A stretch of 64,000 bases of DNA from Ignavibacteria bacterium (GTDB lineage Bacteria > Bacteroidota > Ignavibacteria > UBA10030), in NCBI GenBank assembly GCA_016873805.1, contig VGVZ01000014.1, positions 8,522-72,521 of the forward strand, given 5' to 3'. The notes beneath the pieces were generated by a model that saw only the letters and a list, made by a program, of their open reading frames with translations, ran no database searches and was not told where the DNA came from. Below are positions 31,571-43,231 of this stretch, piece after piece. How positions within the stretch are numbered: position 1 is the stretch's first letter; every line of letters begins with the position of its first letter. A program made the position numbers and the translations under genes.

Positions 31571-32263
31571 ATGACATCAACCATTCTCATCATCGACGAT
31601 GAACCTGACATTCGAGAGCTGCTCAAGTACAATCTCGAACGCGAAGGGTACAACGTCCTCACCGCCAGAGACGGCCGGGAGGGAATGGAGAAGATCAACT
31701 CATCGGTCCGCCTTGTAATCCTCGACATCATGATGCCGAAAATGGACGGATGGGAAGTCTTCCGCCAGCTCCGGAAGAATCCCAAGACCCGCGATATTCC
31801 TGTTATCTTTCTCACCGCTCGCGATAGCGAAATCGACGAGGTCGTCGGTCTCGAGATTGGCGCCGATGATTTTCTCACCAAGCCCGTAAAAATCCGGACA
31901 TTGCTGGCCCGCGTCCGGAAAACCCTTCAACGCCGGATCGATCATGTATCCGCTCGAAGTATCGATACGGTAATTTCCCTTGGTGCGCTCGACGTGTTTC
32001 CGCAGAATTACACCATCGCCCTCGAGGCAAAGACCGTCTCTCTTCCAAAAAAAGAATTTGAAGTGCTGCTCTTTCTGGTCCGGCACGCCGATCATGTCGT
32101 CACCAGAGAGGAGCTTCTGAACAACGTGTGGGGGCGCGATATCGTTGTCGTCGATCGGACGGTGGACGTGCACGTGAGAAAGATCCGTGAAAAGCTCGGG
32201 CGACATGCATCGATGATCGAGACGGTCAAAGGAGTCGGCTATCGGCTCAGGGGATCGGCGTGA
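31571..32263 (+). CDS. phoB: OmpR/PhoB-family response regulator
   Basis: IIDDE, ILDIMMP, GADDFLTKP, RTVDVHVRKIREKL; directly upstream of the pst operon. Confidence 0.8.
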   Translation: MTSTILIIDDEPDIRELLKYNLEREGYNVLTARDGREGMEKINSSVRLVILDIMMPKMDGWEVFRQLRKNPKTRDIPVIFLTARDSEIDEVVGLEIGADDFLTKPVKIRTLLARVRKTLQRRIDHVSARSIDTVISLGALDVFPQNYTIALEAKTVSLPKKEFEVLLFLVRHADHVVTREELLNNVWGRDIVVVDRTVDVHVRKIREKLGRHASMIETVKGVGYRLRGSA

Positions 32264-33714
32264 TGCCTTCGATCCGGACAAGAATCAGTTTCACCTATCT
32301 CCTCATTGCGGCCATTGTGCTCGTGTTGCTGGGGACCCTTCTCAGCCTCGAATTTGAGCGTTCCCTGCGCGAGAGAATCGTTGCGGAACTCAAAACGACT
32401 TCTCTTGTGGTTCACTCATTTCTTCTCGAAACCGCTCCCAAACGGGCCTGGATGCAGGAAACGCGAAAGACCCTCGAGATTATCGCATCCACGACGTCAA
32501 TCCGGATCACACTCATCGATGGGGAGGGGACTGTCCTTTTCGAATCGGCCGTACCCGATTCCATGAAGCATCTCCTCGCCAATCATCTTCAGCGGCCGGA
32601 AGTCCAACGCGCCTTGAAAAGGGGAGAGGGAACAGATGTCAGGATGAGCGAGACTATTGGCCTTGAGATGATGTACCACGCCCATCGCGTCGACCCCGTG
32701 CAATTTGAGCAGTCGATCTTTCCTCGATTGCGGTTCATCCGGTCCGGGATTCCGCTGAGCGAGGTGAACAGTCACATCGCAACGATTCGTCTCAAGATCA
32801 CAATCGCCGCGTTTCTCGTTTTTCTGGTGACACTTGTCGCCAGTCGCATCGTTGCCCGAAGAGTGACCGATCCTATTGCAAAGATGTCCGCAGATGTCGC
32901 CAGGATCAAGGCAGGAGAGATCGACATTCGACTTCCCATCCAATCTGACGATGAGATCGCCAAGCTGGCGGAGCTCATCAACGAAATGACGACCAAGTTG
33001 CGCGACGATATTGCTCAGTTGCGCAAGCTCGAACGCTACCGGACCGAATTTCTCGGTAACGTCTCGCACGAACTTCGAACGCCGATCTTTTCCCTCAAAG
33101 GCTATCTGGAGACGCTGCTTGATGGAGCCATCGACGACTCCACCGTCCGCCGATCGTTCCTCGAGAAGGCCTACCATCACGCCTCGAGGCTTGATACCTT
33201 GCTCAACGACCTGATCGAAATTTCTCGGATCGAATCGGGACAGATGAAGTTCAGCTTCCGATTCTTCGAGGTGCAGCCCTTCTTGAAAGAAGTCATTGCC
33301 GATCATCAGCACGCCAGCCAGCGCAAGAGCCAGGACCTTCGGTGCGAGCTGCCGGACGAAGCTCCCCTTGTGTATGGCGACCGCGACCGCCTGCGGCAGG
33401 CGCTCGGCAACATCATCGACAATGCTATCAGATACAGCCCGGAGGGTGCCTCGATTGTCGTCAATGCGGGTCGATCTGATGACACCTTGGTGATCTCGGT
33501 GCACGACAGCGGTCCGGGCATCGATCCAATCCATCTTTCGCGAATCTTCGAACGTTTTTATCGGATCGACCAAGATCGTTCGCGTGAGGCAGGGGGGACA
33601 GGCCTCGGACTGGCCATCTCCAAACACATCGTCGAAGCTCATGGTCAGAAAATCGTTGTGGAGAGTACTCCCGGCTCCGGGTCGACTTTTTCCTTTCACC
33701 TTCGCACATCGTAA
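32260..33714 (+). CDS. phoR: Sensor histidine kinase, PhoR-like
   Basis: Two TM helices, HAMP, NVSHELRTP, NIIDNAIRY, DSGPGI, RIFERFYR, GGTGLGLAI. Confidence 0.8.
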   Translation: MMPSIRTRISFTYLLIAAIVLVLLGTLLSLEFERSLRERIVAELKTTSLVVHSFLLETAPKRAWMQETRKTLEIIASTTSIRITLIDGEGTVLFESAVPDSMKHLLANHLQRPEVQRALKRGEGTDVRMSETIGLEMMYHAHRVDPVQFEQSIFPRLRFIRSGIPLSEVNSHIATIRLKITIAAFLVFLVTLVASRIVARRVTDPIAKMSADVARIKAGEIDIRLPIQSDDEIAKLAELINEMTTKLRDDIAQLRKLERYRTEFLGNVSHELRTPIFSLKGYLETLLDGAIDDSTVRRSFLEKAYHHASRLDTLLNDLIEISRIESGQMKFSFRFFEVQPFLKEVIADHQHASQRKSQDLRCELPDEAPLVYGDRDRLRQALGNIIDNAIRYSPEGASIVVNAGRSDDTLVISVHDSGPGIDPIHLSRIFERFYRIDQDRSREAGGTGLGLAISKHIVEAHGQKIVVESTPGSGSTFSFHLRTS

Positions 33715-33796
33715 CTTAAAGTTCGTCCACGAAAATGGGCGTACTATGCCATCCTCGTTCCCCGAATCTCCAAAGCTGACGCAAACACTGTACCCT

Positions 33797-33814
33797 CTTA
33801 ACAATTTCTTAACA
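33797..33814 (+). promoter_or_regulatory. Candidate Pho box
   Basis: CTTAACA-attt-CTTAACA, direct repeat with 11-bp period, upstream of the porin-pst operon. Confidence 0.55.
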
Positions 33815-33895
33815 CTCCATTTCTCCTGAGTTTAAGCAGAATTTCTATCTTGAGGGCGAATTCACATTTCTACCATTGTTGGAGAGTGGAAGAGC

Positions 33896-34972
33896 ATGAA
33901 TCGAACTCTCGTGTTGGGCCTTCTCTTGACCCTTCTCGGAATATCAACGGTGTTTGCACAGCAACCTATCTCCGCCTATGCCTACCTGGACTATCTGTAC
34001 AACGTCCAACGTGATCCGTCAATCGGAACACTCTCAAACGCGGCTCTGACCGGACAATCAGCTTTTCAAGCGTTCAGCTTCCGCCGGATATATTTTACCT
34101 ACGATAATTCAATCTCCAAAGATTTTTCGGGCCGATTCCGGCTTGAAACGGAGGAGTCTGCCCTTTCAAGCGACGGAAGAATATCGGTTTTTGTGAAGGA
34201 CGCGTACATCCGATGGAAAGGTATCTTCGATGGACACGATGCAATCCTGGGAATCCAGCCCACACCGGCGTATCAAGTCTCCGAGGATTGGTGGGGATAC
34301 CGCTCGCTGGAGAAAACGATCATGGACCTGCGCGGAATCGTGTCGTCCCGCGATTTCGGCTTTTCTCTGAGGGGCAGGTTCGCCGAGAAGGAGAGATTCG
34401 GCTATCATCTCCTCGTAGCCAACGGATCAGGAAACCGACCCGAGGGCGACAAGTACAAACGATACTATGCAAGCGTTCACTACAATCCGTCAGCAGATCT
34501 TCAGGTCACATTGTACGGCGACCTGCGGGTCCGGGCCCGGATCCGAAACCCCTACAGTTCGAATCCCACCGCCACAGTGGACAACAATACCCTCACATAT
34601 GCCGCCTTTGTGGGATATCGACCTGTAAAGGAACTGACGATCGGGATGGAAGGATTCCTCAGTAGAACGCAAAACGGATTCGACACGAGATCATTGCTGG
34701 ACGACCGGACGGCGGCCGGACTATCGATCTTCGGTTCTTTGATCATCAATCCGAAAGTGACCCTCGTTGGCCGTTACGACTACTTTGGCGCAAATACGTC
34801 GCAGGCAGGCTTAGGAGATACCCGTTCCTATGTGCTTGCAGCGATCGATTGGAAAGTCAATGAGCGCGTTTCCATCATGCCCAATATTCAGTTTGAGGCG
34901 TATGAGTCGGTCGAGGGAAGAGCATTTGATCCCTCGGTCACGTCACGAGTAACCTTCTATTTCGCCTTCTAG
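33896..34972 (+). CDS. Outer-membrane beta-barrel protein, probable phosphate-uptake porin
   Basis: Signal peptide, FRRIYFTYD, FVKDAYIRW, C-terminal aromatic FYFAF; first gene of the pst operon. Confidence 0.65.
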   Translation: MNRTLVLGLLLTLLGISTVFAQQPISAYAYLDYLYNVQRDPSIGTLSNAALTGQSAFQAFSFRRIYFTYDNSISKDFSGRFRLETEESALSSDGRISVFVKDAYIRWKGIFDGHDAILGIQPTPAYQVSEDWWGYRSLEKTIMDLRGIVSSRDFGFSLRGRFAEKERFGYHLLVANGSGNRPEGDKYKRYYASVHYNPSADLQVTLYGDLRVRARIRNPYSSNPTATVDNNTLTYAAFVGYRPVKELTIGMEGFLSRTQNGFDTRSLLDDRTAAGLSIFGSLIINPKVTLVGRYDYFGANTSQAGLGDTRSYVLAAIDWKVNERVSIMPNIQFEAYESVEGRAFDPSVTSRVTFYFAF

Positions 34973-35019
34973 CCAAGCGTGGTTCTTTCAACCACCGACT
35001 GACAACGAAAGGAACAAAC

Positions 35020-36045
35020 ATGATCAATCGATTCTTCGCGATTCTACTCCTGCTCACAGCTGCCGGGGCGTCGTTGACTGCCCAACTCCGATTGAACGGT
35101 GCGGGAGCGACATTTCCCTACGTCATCTATTCGAAGTGGTTTGATGTCTACTATCACAAAACGGGAGTCCAGATCAATTATCAATCGATCGGGAGTGGTG
35201 GAGGAATCAAACAGGTGATCGAGGGAACAGTCGATTTTGGCGCCACCGACGGACCAATGTCGGATGAACAGCTGGCTGATGCCCGGACCAAACGAAAGAC
35301 CGACATCTTGCACATCCCGACGGTCCTCGGAGCTGTGGCGGTTGCCTACAACCTTCCCGTGGAGGCAAAGCATATTCAACTGACGCCGACAACGCTGGCA
35401 GACATTTTTCTTGGGAAGATAACGAAGTGGAACGATTGGCGCATCGCTGAGCACAATCCGGGCGTATCGCTCCCGAATAGGCCCATCATCGTCGCCCATC
35501 GCTCCGACGGAAGCGGCACCACATTTATCTTCACCGAATACCTTGCGAAAGTCAGCAGCGCGTGGAAGAAGAATGTTGGACGCGGAACCTCCGTGAACTG
35601 GCCGATCGGCCTCGGAGGCAAGGGAAATGAGGGAGTCGCCGGTCTTCTGAAGCAAACGGTCGGAAGTATCGGATATGTGGAACTCGCGTATGCCGTGAAG
35701 AACAATATTCCATACGCTGCCATTCAAAACAAAGCCGGCGTCTTTGTCGCACCGACGATTTCATCGATCACGGCTGCCGCCGCCGGTGCATCCCGCAATT
35801 TGCCCGAGGATCTTCGCGTGTCTATCACAAATCCCGACGGCAAGGAATCGTATCCGATCTCCGGCTTCACGTGGATTCTGGTATACAAGAATCCGCAAGA
35901 TGCCAAGTCGGGTGCTGCAATCACGCAATTTCTCAAATGGGCTCTCTCGGAAGGTCAGTCGTACGCGGCGGACCTTCTGTATGCCCCGTTGCCAAAAGAG
36001 GTGGTGGCGAAATGCCTCCAACAGGTCGACAGCATTGGAAAGTGA
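35020..36045 (+). CDS. pstS: Phosphate ABC transporter substrate-binding protein
   Basis: GAGATFP, YQSIGSGGG, HRSDGSGTT, GKGNEGV, YPISGFTW. Confidence 0.96.
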   Translation: MINRFFAILLLLTAAGASLTAQLRLNGAGATFPYVIYSKWFDVYYHKTGVQINYQSIGSGGGIKQVIEGTVDFGATDGPMSDEQLADARTKRKTDILHIPTVLGAVAVAYNLPVEAKHIQLTPTTLADIFLGKITKWNDWRIAEHNPGVSLPNRPIIVAHRSDGSGTTFIFTEYLAKVSSAWKKNVGRGTSVNWPIGLGGKGNEGVAGLLKQTVGSIGYVELAYAVKNNIPYAAIQNKAGVFVAPTISSITAAAAGASRNLPEDLRVSITNPDGKESYPISGFTWILVYKNPQDAKSGAAITQFLKWALSEGQSYAADLLYAPLPKEVVAKCLQQVDSIGK

Positions 36046-36081
36046 CTGATCACGTCGAATTCGAAAAGAGAGGAGCGAGCA

Positions 36082-37092
36082 GTGAACATGATAGCTTCCT
36101 TGGATGAGCGTATACGCACCTTGCTGCGGCGCGTTCCAGCGCCCGGTATGGGCGTCGAAAACTCCTCTCGGCATACCAATCTTGGCGATCGCGCCTTTCG
36201 GGGTGCAACGTTCCTTTTCACCTTCATGATTGTCGTTCTGTCGGGCATCATGGTCTATCAGATGATTGACGGCTCTACGCTTTCACTGCGTGAATTCGGT
36301 CTCGGATTTGTGACATCTCAAATCTGGGATCCGGTACAGGAAAAGTTTGGTGCGCTCCCGTTTGTATACGGCACGGTCGTGTCCTCACTGGTTGCACTGA
36401 TCCTCGCAATTCCTCTGAGCCTCGGCGTTGCCGTCTTTCTCGCCGAACTCGCTCCACGCTGGCTGGAACGCATTCTTTCGTTCATGGTGGAGCTCCTCGC
36501 GGCAATCCCCAGCATCGTGTACGGGTTGTGGGGAATGTTTGTTATGGTCCCCTGGATTCGTGAGACAATCGAACCGCCCCTCTCCGAGCATCTCGGATTC
36601 CTCCCCATCTTCGAGGGAGCTCCGTACGGATTCGGCATGCTGGCCGCGGGATTGATCCTCACGGTTATGATCGTTCCGATCATTGCTTCAATTTCCCGCG
36701 ATGCCTTGAAGTCGGTCCCGCGCGCTCAACGGGAAGCCGCGTACGCCCTCGGTGCAACGCGGTGGGAGACAATTACCCTTGTCGTGAAGTATGCGCGCTC
36801 AGGAATCTTCGGTGCCACGCTCCTCGGTCTCGGGAGAGCACTTGGAGAGACGATGGCGGTCACCATGGTCATCGGCAACCGCCCGATCATCTCCGCCTCC
36901 CTCTTCGACCCGGGCTACACGATGGCAAGCGTCCTCGCCAATGAATTTACCGAAGCAACAACGGAACTGTATTTGCATGCCCTCATCGAGATCGCCCTTT
37001 TGCTTTTCACCATCACGATCATTGTCAACATGCTGGCCCGTCTCCTAATGTGGACCATGTCCAGAACGATTTCACAGGGAGGAAGAGCATGA
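36082..37092 (+). CDS. pstC: Phosphate ABC transporter permease
   Basis: ELLAAIPSIVYGLWG, REAAYALGATRWE, GRALGETMAV. Confidence 0.95.
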   Translation: MNMIASLDERIRTLLRRVPAPGMGVENSSRHTNLGDRAFRGATFLFTFMIVVLSGIMVYQMIDGSTLSLREFGLGFVTSQIWDPVQEKFGALPFVYGTVVSSLVALILAIPLSLGVAVFLAELAPRWLERILSFMVELLAAIPSIVYGLWGMFVMVPWIRETIEPPLSEHLGFLPIFEGAPYGFGMLAAGLILTVMIVPIIASISRDALKSVPRAQREAAYALGATRWETITLVVKYARSGIFGATLLGLGRALGETMAVTMVIGNRPIISASLFDPGYTMASVLANEFTEATTELYLHALIEIALLLFTITIIVNMLARLLMWTMSRTISQGGRA

Positions 37093-37943
37093 GCCGCTGG
37101 TACTACTACAAGCGAAAGGCGGTAAACGGCCTGGTGCTCTCGCTTTCCGGTGTTGCGGCAGCCGTGGTCCTCGTTCCGCTCCTGCTGATCTTCTTCCACA
37201 CGATCAGCCATGGGATTGCCATCATCAGCGTCGATTTCCTGACTCAGATGCCCAAGCCGGTGGGGGAATCAGGGGGCGGAATGGCCAATGCCATTGTGGG
37301 AACCCTCATTCTCATCGGCCTCGGAAGTGTCGTCGGAGTGCCGATTGGGGTACTTGCCGGTGTGTACCTTGCCGAGTTTGGAGAGAATCGGTTTGCTCAT
37401 GTCGTCCGGTTTCTTACCGACGTCCTCAGCGGCGTGCCTTCGATCGTCGTCGGCGTGGTAGCGTACACGATCGTCGTTTTGCCGATGAAGCAATTCTCCG
37501 CTCTCGCCGGGGGATTCGCCTTGGGAATTCTCATGATTCCAACGATCACCCGCACGACAGAGGAGATGATGAGACTTGTGCCGCACTCGTTTCGCGAGGC
37601 AGGTCTCGCGCTTGGAATTCCCCAATGGAAAACGACATTGCGAATCGTGCTTCGCACGGCTCTCAAAGGCATCGCCACGGGCATCGTGCTGAGTATCGCG
37701 CGAATCGCCGGCGAGACTGCGCCGCTTCTCTTCACTGCCCTTGGCAATCGATTCTGGTCTACCGACATTCTCCATCCCATCGCTTCGCTGACGGTCTTCA
37801 TTTACGACTACGCTCGTGCGCCGTTCGAGGAGTGGAACAATCAGGCCTGGGCGGCGGCCCTTGTTCTCATTTCAATCATCACGATCCTAAGCCTGCTCTT
37901 CCGGTTCTTTAGCAGATCTCGATACGAAGGACAGCATTCATGA
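37089..37943 (+). CDS. pstA: Phosphate ABC transporter permease
   Basis: [29 protein letters not shown]; ATGA overlap with the pstC stop. Confidence 0.95.
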   Translation: MSRWYYYKRKAVNGLVLSLSGVAAAVVLVPLLLIFFHTISHGIAIISVDFLTQMPKPVGESGGGMANAIVGTLILIGLGSVVGVPIGVLAGVYLAEFGENRFAHVVRFLTDVLSGVPSIVVGVVAYTIVVLPMKQFSALAGGFALGILMIPTITRTTEEMMRLVPHSFREAGLALGIPQWKTTLRIVLRTALKGIATGIVLSIARIAGETAPLLFTALGNRFWSTDILHPIASLTVFIYDYARAPFEEWNNQAWAAALVLISIITILSLLFRFFSRSRYEGQHS

Positions 37944-38758
37944 TTCATACCCTTGCGCAACCACAACTCTCTGTCGTGAACGAATCGGCCAATGTACAGC
38001 CTCAGCAGAACGCCGCGAAAATGCAGGTTCTGCATCTCAGCGCGTACTTCGGGAAGACCCAGGCGCTCAAAGATGTCAGCCTGGACATTATGGAGCGTGA
38101 AGTCCTCGCCATCATCGGTCCCTCGGGATGCGGAAAGTCCACCTTCCTTCGTTCATTGAATCGCATGCACGAGGTGGCAGGGGGGAGGATCAGCGGACGC
38201 GTGCTCCTTGATGGTGAGGATATTTATCAGCGCGATCCCGTCATGGTCCGGCGGCGCGTCGGAATGGTCTTTCAGAAACCCAATCCCTTTCCCACAATGT
38301 CGATTTTTGACAACGTCGCCGCTGGCTTGCGCCTGGGCGGCATGAGCAACAGGTCGGCGCTCACGGATGTCGTCGAGGAGAGCCTAAAGCGCGCCGCGCT
38401 TTGGGAGGAAGTGAAAAACTCTCTCGATAAATCGGGGGCAAGTCTCTCGGGGGGCCAGCAACAGCGGCTTTGTATCGCCCGCGCGTTAGCCATCCGACCG
38501 GAGGTGCTCCTGATGGACGAACCGGCAAGCGCACTCGATCCGATCTCCACTGCAAAGATCGAGGAATTGATTTTTGAGTTGAAACGGAATTTCACAATCG
38601 TTATTGTCACGCATAATATGCAGCAGGCGGCCCGCGTCAGCGATCGCACAGCGTTCTTCTACCTGGGTGAACTCATCGAAATCGGCTCCACGGAAACGCT
38701 TTTCACTAAACCTCATGAAAAACGGACTGAAGACTATATCACCGGACGGTTCGGGTAA
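37940..38758 (+). CDS. pstB: Phosphate ABC transporter ATP-binding protein
   Basis: [40 protein letters not shown]. Confidence 0.96.
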   Translation: MIHTLAQPQLSVVNESANVQPQQNAAKMQVLHLSAYFGKTQALKDVSLDIMEREVLAIIGPSGCGKSTFLRSLNRMHEVAGGRISGRVLLDGEDIYQRDPVMVRRRVGMVFQKPNPFPTMSIFDNVAAGLRLGGMSNRSALTDVVEESLKRAALWEEVKNSLDKSGASLSGGQQQRLCIARALAIRPEVLLMDEPASALDPISTAKIEELIFELKRNFTIVIVTHNMQQAARVSDRTAFFYLGELIEIGSTETLFTKPHEKRTEDYITGRFG

Positions 38759-38784
38759 TCTCACCGACTGCCTGAAAGGAAGAC

Positions 38785-39462
38785 ATGCCCAGACATTTTG
38801 AAATTGAACTCGACGCTCTTCGAACCAACATCATCAAAATGGGAAGTATTGTTGATGAGCAGATCGAGTGGGCGATCGACGCCATTTTGCACGGAAATCT
38901 CGAACGCATTCCGTTGATTACGGAGCGTGATTCAAAGGTGGACCATTACGATAACCTCATCGACGCGCAATGTGCACGGATCTTTGCCCTGACCCAGCCA
39001 GTGGCGGTGGACCTCCGACTGATCATGGCGGCCCTGAAGATCAACCACGAGCTGGAGCGCATCGGCGACATCGCCGTAAACCTTGCTGAACGGGCGACAC
39101 CCCTTCGGGGACATGCCGACTTGCTCGGGAGAATCCAGATTAAGGCGATGGCCGAGCGAGCCCGCCGCATGACTCGACTCTCGATCGATTCTTTTGTCAA
39201 CAATGATCCCGACGCGGCCAGGGCGGTTGTACGAGAAGATGACGTCGTAGATGAAATGAACCGACTAGTTTTTCATGAGCTTGTCAACGAAATGAAGGCT
39301 AATCGCGATCTCATCGAACCTGCGACGCATATTATTATCATGTCACGGCATCTCGAGCGGCTCGCTGATCACGCTACGAATATCGCCGAAGACGTTATCT
39401 TCCTCGTGGACGCGCAGATCGTTAAGCATCCGAAACTCCAACCGGCGTCTGGCGACGCATAG
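38785..39462 (+). CDS. phoU: Phosphate signalling protein PhoU
   Basis: QPVAVDLR, ELERIGD, LERLADHATNIAE. Confidence 0.95.
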   Translation: MPRHFEIELDALRTNIIKMGSIVDEQIEWAIDAILHGNLERIPLITERDSKVDHYDNLIDAQCARIFALTQPVAVDLRLIMAALKINHELERIGDIAVNLAERATPLRGHADLLGRIQIKAMAERARRMTRLSIDSFVNNDPDAARAVVREDDVVDEMNRLVFHELVNEMKANRDLIEPATHIIIMSRHLERLADHATNIAEDVIFLVDAQIVKHPKLQPASGDA

Positions 39463-39524
39463 GGCCATTTATTTCCGTCCGAAAAAAGAGTATCTTGAGA
39501 CCCACACATCTCAGGTACCGGAAC

Positions 39525-40364
39525 ATGAAGATACCATTTGTCAAGATGAGCGGTGCGGGGAATGATTTCGTCGTCATCGACAACCGCGAACGCGTTGTGA
39601 CAAACGGACCGGAATTCGCAAAAGCAGCATGCGACCGCCGATGGGGGATTGGAGCCGATGGCCTTCTTCTCCTCGAAGCATGCAAAAAAGCCGCCTACCG
39701 GATGATGTATTACAACGCCGACGGGAGCTATGGTGGTATGTGCGGGAATGGCGGCCGATGTATTGCCGCTTTTGCTCTCTTGGCCGGAATAGCGCCCGCC
39801 CACCACACCTTTGAAGCCCTCGATCATCTCTACACCGCACATGTCGACGGAGAGACAGTATCACTCTCCATGCGAAATCCGAGCGGCGTTATGCTTGGGA
39901 CCGTGCTCCCGATCAAGGCTCTTGGAGCCACAATTGCGGCGAACTTCGTCAATACTGGCTCCCCTCATGTTGTCATCCCCACCGATGTCCTGGGCCGGGG
40001 CCAGACGCTCGACTCGTTGGATGTGATGACCATCGGCCGTGAGGTACGCGGTAACGAACGATTTGCACCCGATGGAACAAATGTGAATTTTATTGAACTG
40101 GGAGATCTTAATACAATATATATAAGAACTTATGAACGTGGCGTTGAGGCGGAGACTCTTTCTTGTGGAACGGGATCGGTTGCCGCCGCGATCATTGCTT
40201 ACATGCTCTGGAAGATCGGTCCACCGACTCGAATCCGGGTACGGAGCGGCGCGGTGCTTCAAGTCCGTTTTGAGCGTGACGGCCAAGGATTCAAGAACGT
40301 CGTGCTAGTAGGTCCAGCAGTTCGAACGTTCATCGGTCAGTTTGATGCGAAGTCGACAGATTGA
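39525..40364 (+). CDS. dapF: Diaminopimelate epimerase
   Basis: KMSGAGNDF, MCGNGGRC, NTGSPH, RTYERGVEAETLSCGTG. Confidence 0.95.
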   Translation: MKIPFVKMSGAGNDFVVIDNRERVVTNGPEFAKAACDRRWGIGADGLLLLEACKKAAYRMMYYNADGSYGGMCGNGGRCIAAFALLAGIAPAHHTFEALDHLYTAHVDGETVSLSMRNPSGVMLGTVLPIKALGATIAANFVNTGSPHVVIPTDVLGRGQTLDSLDVMTIGREVRGNERFAPDGTNVNFIELGDLNTIYIRTYERGVEAETLSCGTGSVAAAIIAYMLWKIGPPTRIRVRSGAVLQVRFERDGQGFKNVVLVGPAVRTFIGQFDAKSTD

Positions 40365-40899
40365 GATGTTCCTGTACGTAGCTTGCTGACAACGATTGCC
40401 GCATAGATGATTTGCAGGATGTGTAACGCGGATTGAAACGACACAGATTCTAGTGGATCAAGGTGAACTCAGAGGAAGAACCGGATTCAAATTCCAAATA
40501 GCCACGGATGACGAAAGATAGACTTCCTCGAGAGTAAATCAAAGATACAAGCGGTTAACTGATAGAAACTCAACCCAATAGCTCAACATGCTTGATAGAA
40601 TACGAAGGGTACACGAGAGACTTGTCAATATCCGGGAGAGGCACTCTAGTTTGTCACGCGCAATCGTAGGAGGCGGGCACGCATACTGCAAGCACGTCGC
40701 ACGGTAAGCCGGTGCATCGGTAGAAATCGCGAGTCTGGAATCGGCTGCTAGCTGGAGATTATCTAGGCAGGTGATCGAGGAAGAATAAGCAAGAACGAAT
40801 GAGTTGACGAAGCGGCAGCGCGGGTCAAGAAGACATACAAAGATAATCAGTATTATGTAAACTTAAACACATAGCAATTCACGCGCCATCAACTATCTG

Positions 40900-43164
40900 T
40901 CATGCCTCCCTTCCTTCAATCCCAAACAACCCCATCACCGCGCCCTCATACTGCTCCTGCATTGCTGCAACACTGACATCGATCCAATCTTCAATAACAA
41001 GTCGACCCGAGCTTGTGACCGAACCGATGCTCTGGGAGTCCACACCCGCGTTGCCGCATCGTCGCATTACTTCGTCAACATCCGTTGCTTGCACAGTGAT
41101 GATGACGCGCGATTGATCCTCGCCGAAGAGGCAATAGTCCTTACGCAGACTCCACATGCTCAGTCCCGTTACCACCGCGCCTACACCCTTGTGGGCTCCC
41201 ATACAGCATTCAGCTAGCGCGACAGCCAGACCACCTTCAGAGATGTCATGCGCACTCTGAACCAGCCGAGATCTGATTAGCGCTAGCAGCGTCTGCTGCA
41301 GCGCTTGCTCCGCCGCCAGATCCATCTCTGGCGCGTCGCCGCGGTAGGATCCCAGCTGTCGGTGGAGATATTGGGATCCGCCCAGATGTCCCGCCGTCTT
41401 ACCGAGGAGGATGATCGCATCGCCTCGTTTGTCGAACGCGGATCGCGTGACATGGGCCAAGTCATCGATGATCCCTAACATCCCGATTACCGGCGTTGGA
41501 AATACAGCTCCCTCGGGACTCTCATTGTAGAAGCTTACGTTGCCGCCCGTCACTGGCGTTTCCAGTACGCGGCAAGCCGCCCCAATCCCCGCCACCGCCT
41601 CCTTGAATTGCCAAAAAACTTCCGGATCGTAAGGGTTTCCAAAGTTCAGGCAGTTTGTGATCGCTATTGGCTTACCGCCGCTACAAACAACATTTCGAGC
41701 CGCCTCCGCTACAGCAATTTCTCCCCCCCTACGCGGATTCAAATAGACATATGCGGCGTTGCAGTCCGTTTTCAATGCCAACGCCTTCGTCGTTCCCTCG
41801 ATACGCACCACCGCCGCGTCTGATTCTCCTGGTCCAAGTAGTGCACTCGTCTGCACCATCGAGTCATACTGCTCATATACGGGACGCTTGCTCCCTATCG
41901 TCGGTGAGCCCAGGAGCTCGAGCAGCACCTTGCTGCAATCTGCAGGTTCCATAACATCAGATGCCGCGAAGTCTCTTACTTCCGCAATATATCCCGGCAA
42001 CCGTGCCTCCCGGTGATACACTGGAGCCCCTCCACCGAGCACCAGAGTCTCAGCTGGAACTCTCGCCTTCAACCGCTCCCTTTGGAAGACTTCTACATCG
42101 GATCCCGCCGATACTTCACCTATCATCGAAACAGCTAAATCCCATTTCCTGAAGATTTTGTTGATCGCTTCTTCGTGTCCCTTCCGGGCAACAAGTAGCA
42201 TTCGCTCCTGAGACTCGGAGAGCATGATTTCGTAGCTGCTCATCTTCTGGTCACGAAGCGGGACGTTGTCGAGATTGAGACGCATGCCCACTCTTCCCTT
42301 GGCGCTCATCTCGGTGCTCGAACAAGTCAAGCCGGCTGCTCCCATGTCCTGAATACCAACGACATGCCCACTCTGAATGGCCTCCAGTGTCGCTTCAAGC
42401 AGCGCCTTCTCCGTGAAGGGATCTCCAACTTGAACTGCGGGACGCCTCGCTTCCGATTCGCCGGACAATTCAACAGAAGCGAATGTCGCACCATGGATTC
42501 CGTCTTTACCGGTCGCGGAACCGACTATCATCACAGCAGAACCCGGTTCTCCCGCCACCGCGCGTGCAATATGATCGGTCTTTACGATTCCCACAGCCAT
42601 CGCATTGACAAGCGGATTTCCATTATAGCAATCGTCGAAGTAGACCTCTCCAGCGACTGTCGGGACACCAAAACTGTTTCCGTAATCCCCTATCCCCTTC
42701 ACGACGTTTTTCAACAGGTATCGCACGCGCGCATTTTTCGGATTGCCGAAGCGAAGGGAATTTAGCGCTGCGATAGGACGTGCTCCCATCGTGAAGATGT
42801 CACGCAGAATTCCCCCCACACCCGTCGCGGCCCCTTGATACGGCTCAATCGCTGACGGATGGTTGTGGCTTTCAATCTTGAAGGCAACGGCCAAACCGTT
42901 TCCGATGTCGACCAGACCTGCGTTTTCCTCTCCCGCCCCCGCCAGCAGTCCCTTACCCTCCCGAGGCAGGGTTTTCAGGACTGCTATCGAATTCTTGTAG
43001 CTGCAATGCTCGCTCCACATGACGCTGTAGATTCCGAGCTCAGTGTAGGTCGGGGTCCGACCAAGAATGCGGAGAATCGCGTCATATTCATCCTCGGTCA
43101 AACCCAATTCACGGGCAACGCGAAGATCAACAACTGGTTCCGTCAATTCTTGACTTCCGATCAT
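40900..43164 (-). CDS. purL: Phosphoribosylformylglycinamidine synthase subunit PurL
   Basis: [45 protein letters not shown]. Confidence 0.97.
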   Translation of the reverse strand: MIGSQELTEPVVDLRVARELGLTEDEYDAILRILGRTPTYTELGIYSVMWSEHCSYKNSIAVLKTLPREGKGLLAGAGEENAGLVDIGNGLAVAFKIESHNHPSAIEPYQGAATGVGGILRDIFTMGARPIAALNSLRFGNPKNARVRYLLKNVVKGIGDYGNSFGVPTVAGEVYFDDCYNGNPLVNAMAVGIVKTDHIARAVAGEPGSAVMIVGSATGKDGIHGATFASVELSGESEARRPAVQVGDPFTEKALLEATLEAIQSGHVVGIQDMGAAGLTCSSTEMSAKGRVGMRLNLDNVPLRDQKMSSYEIMLSESQERMLLVARKGHEEAINKIFRKWDLAVSMIGEVSAGSDVEVFQRERLKARVPAETLVLGGGAPVYHREARLPGYIAEVRDFAASDVMEPADCSKVLLELLGSPTIGSKRPVYEQYDSMVQTSALLGPGESDAAVVRIEGTTKALALKTDCNAAYVYLNPRRGGEIAVAEAARNVVCSGGKPIAITNCLNFGNPYDPEVFWQFKEAVAGIGAACRVLETPVTGGNVSFYNESPEGAVFPTPVIGMLGIIDDLAHVTRSAFDKRGDAIILLGKTAGHLGGSQYLHRQLGSYRGDAPEMDLAAEQALQQTLLALIRSRLVQSAHDISEGGLAVALAECCMGAHKGVGAVVTGLSMWSLRKDYCLFGEDQSRVIITVQATDVDEVMRRCGNAGVDSQSIGSVTSSGRLVIEDWIDVSVAAMQEQYEGAVMGLFGIEGREA

Positions 43165-43231
43165 AGGGGATAATTTCCATAACTACAGTGCGTTATCATC
43201 TTTCAGATCAATTTGTTTCGACAATAGATTT

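Noticed and set aside
32497-33804. 435-aa minus-strand ORF, and similar long antisense ORFs at 28434-29390, 4229-5053, 62368-63201 and 1791-2555
   Set aside because: They are shadows of well-supported genes on the opposite strand and have no recognisable motifs.
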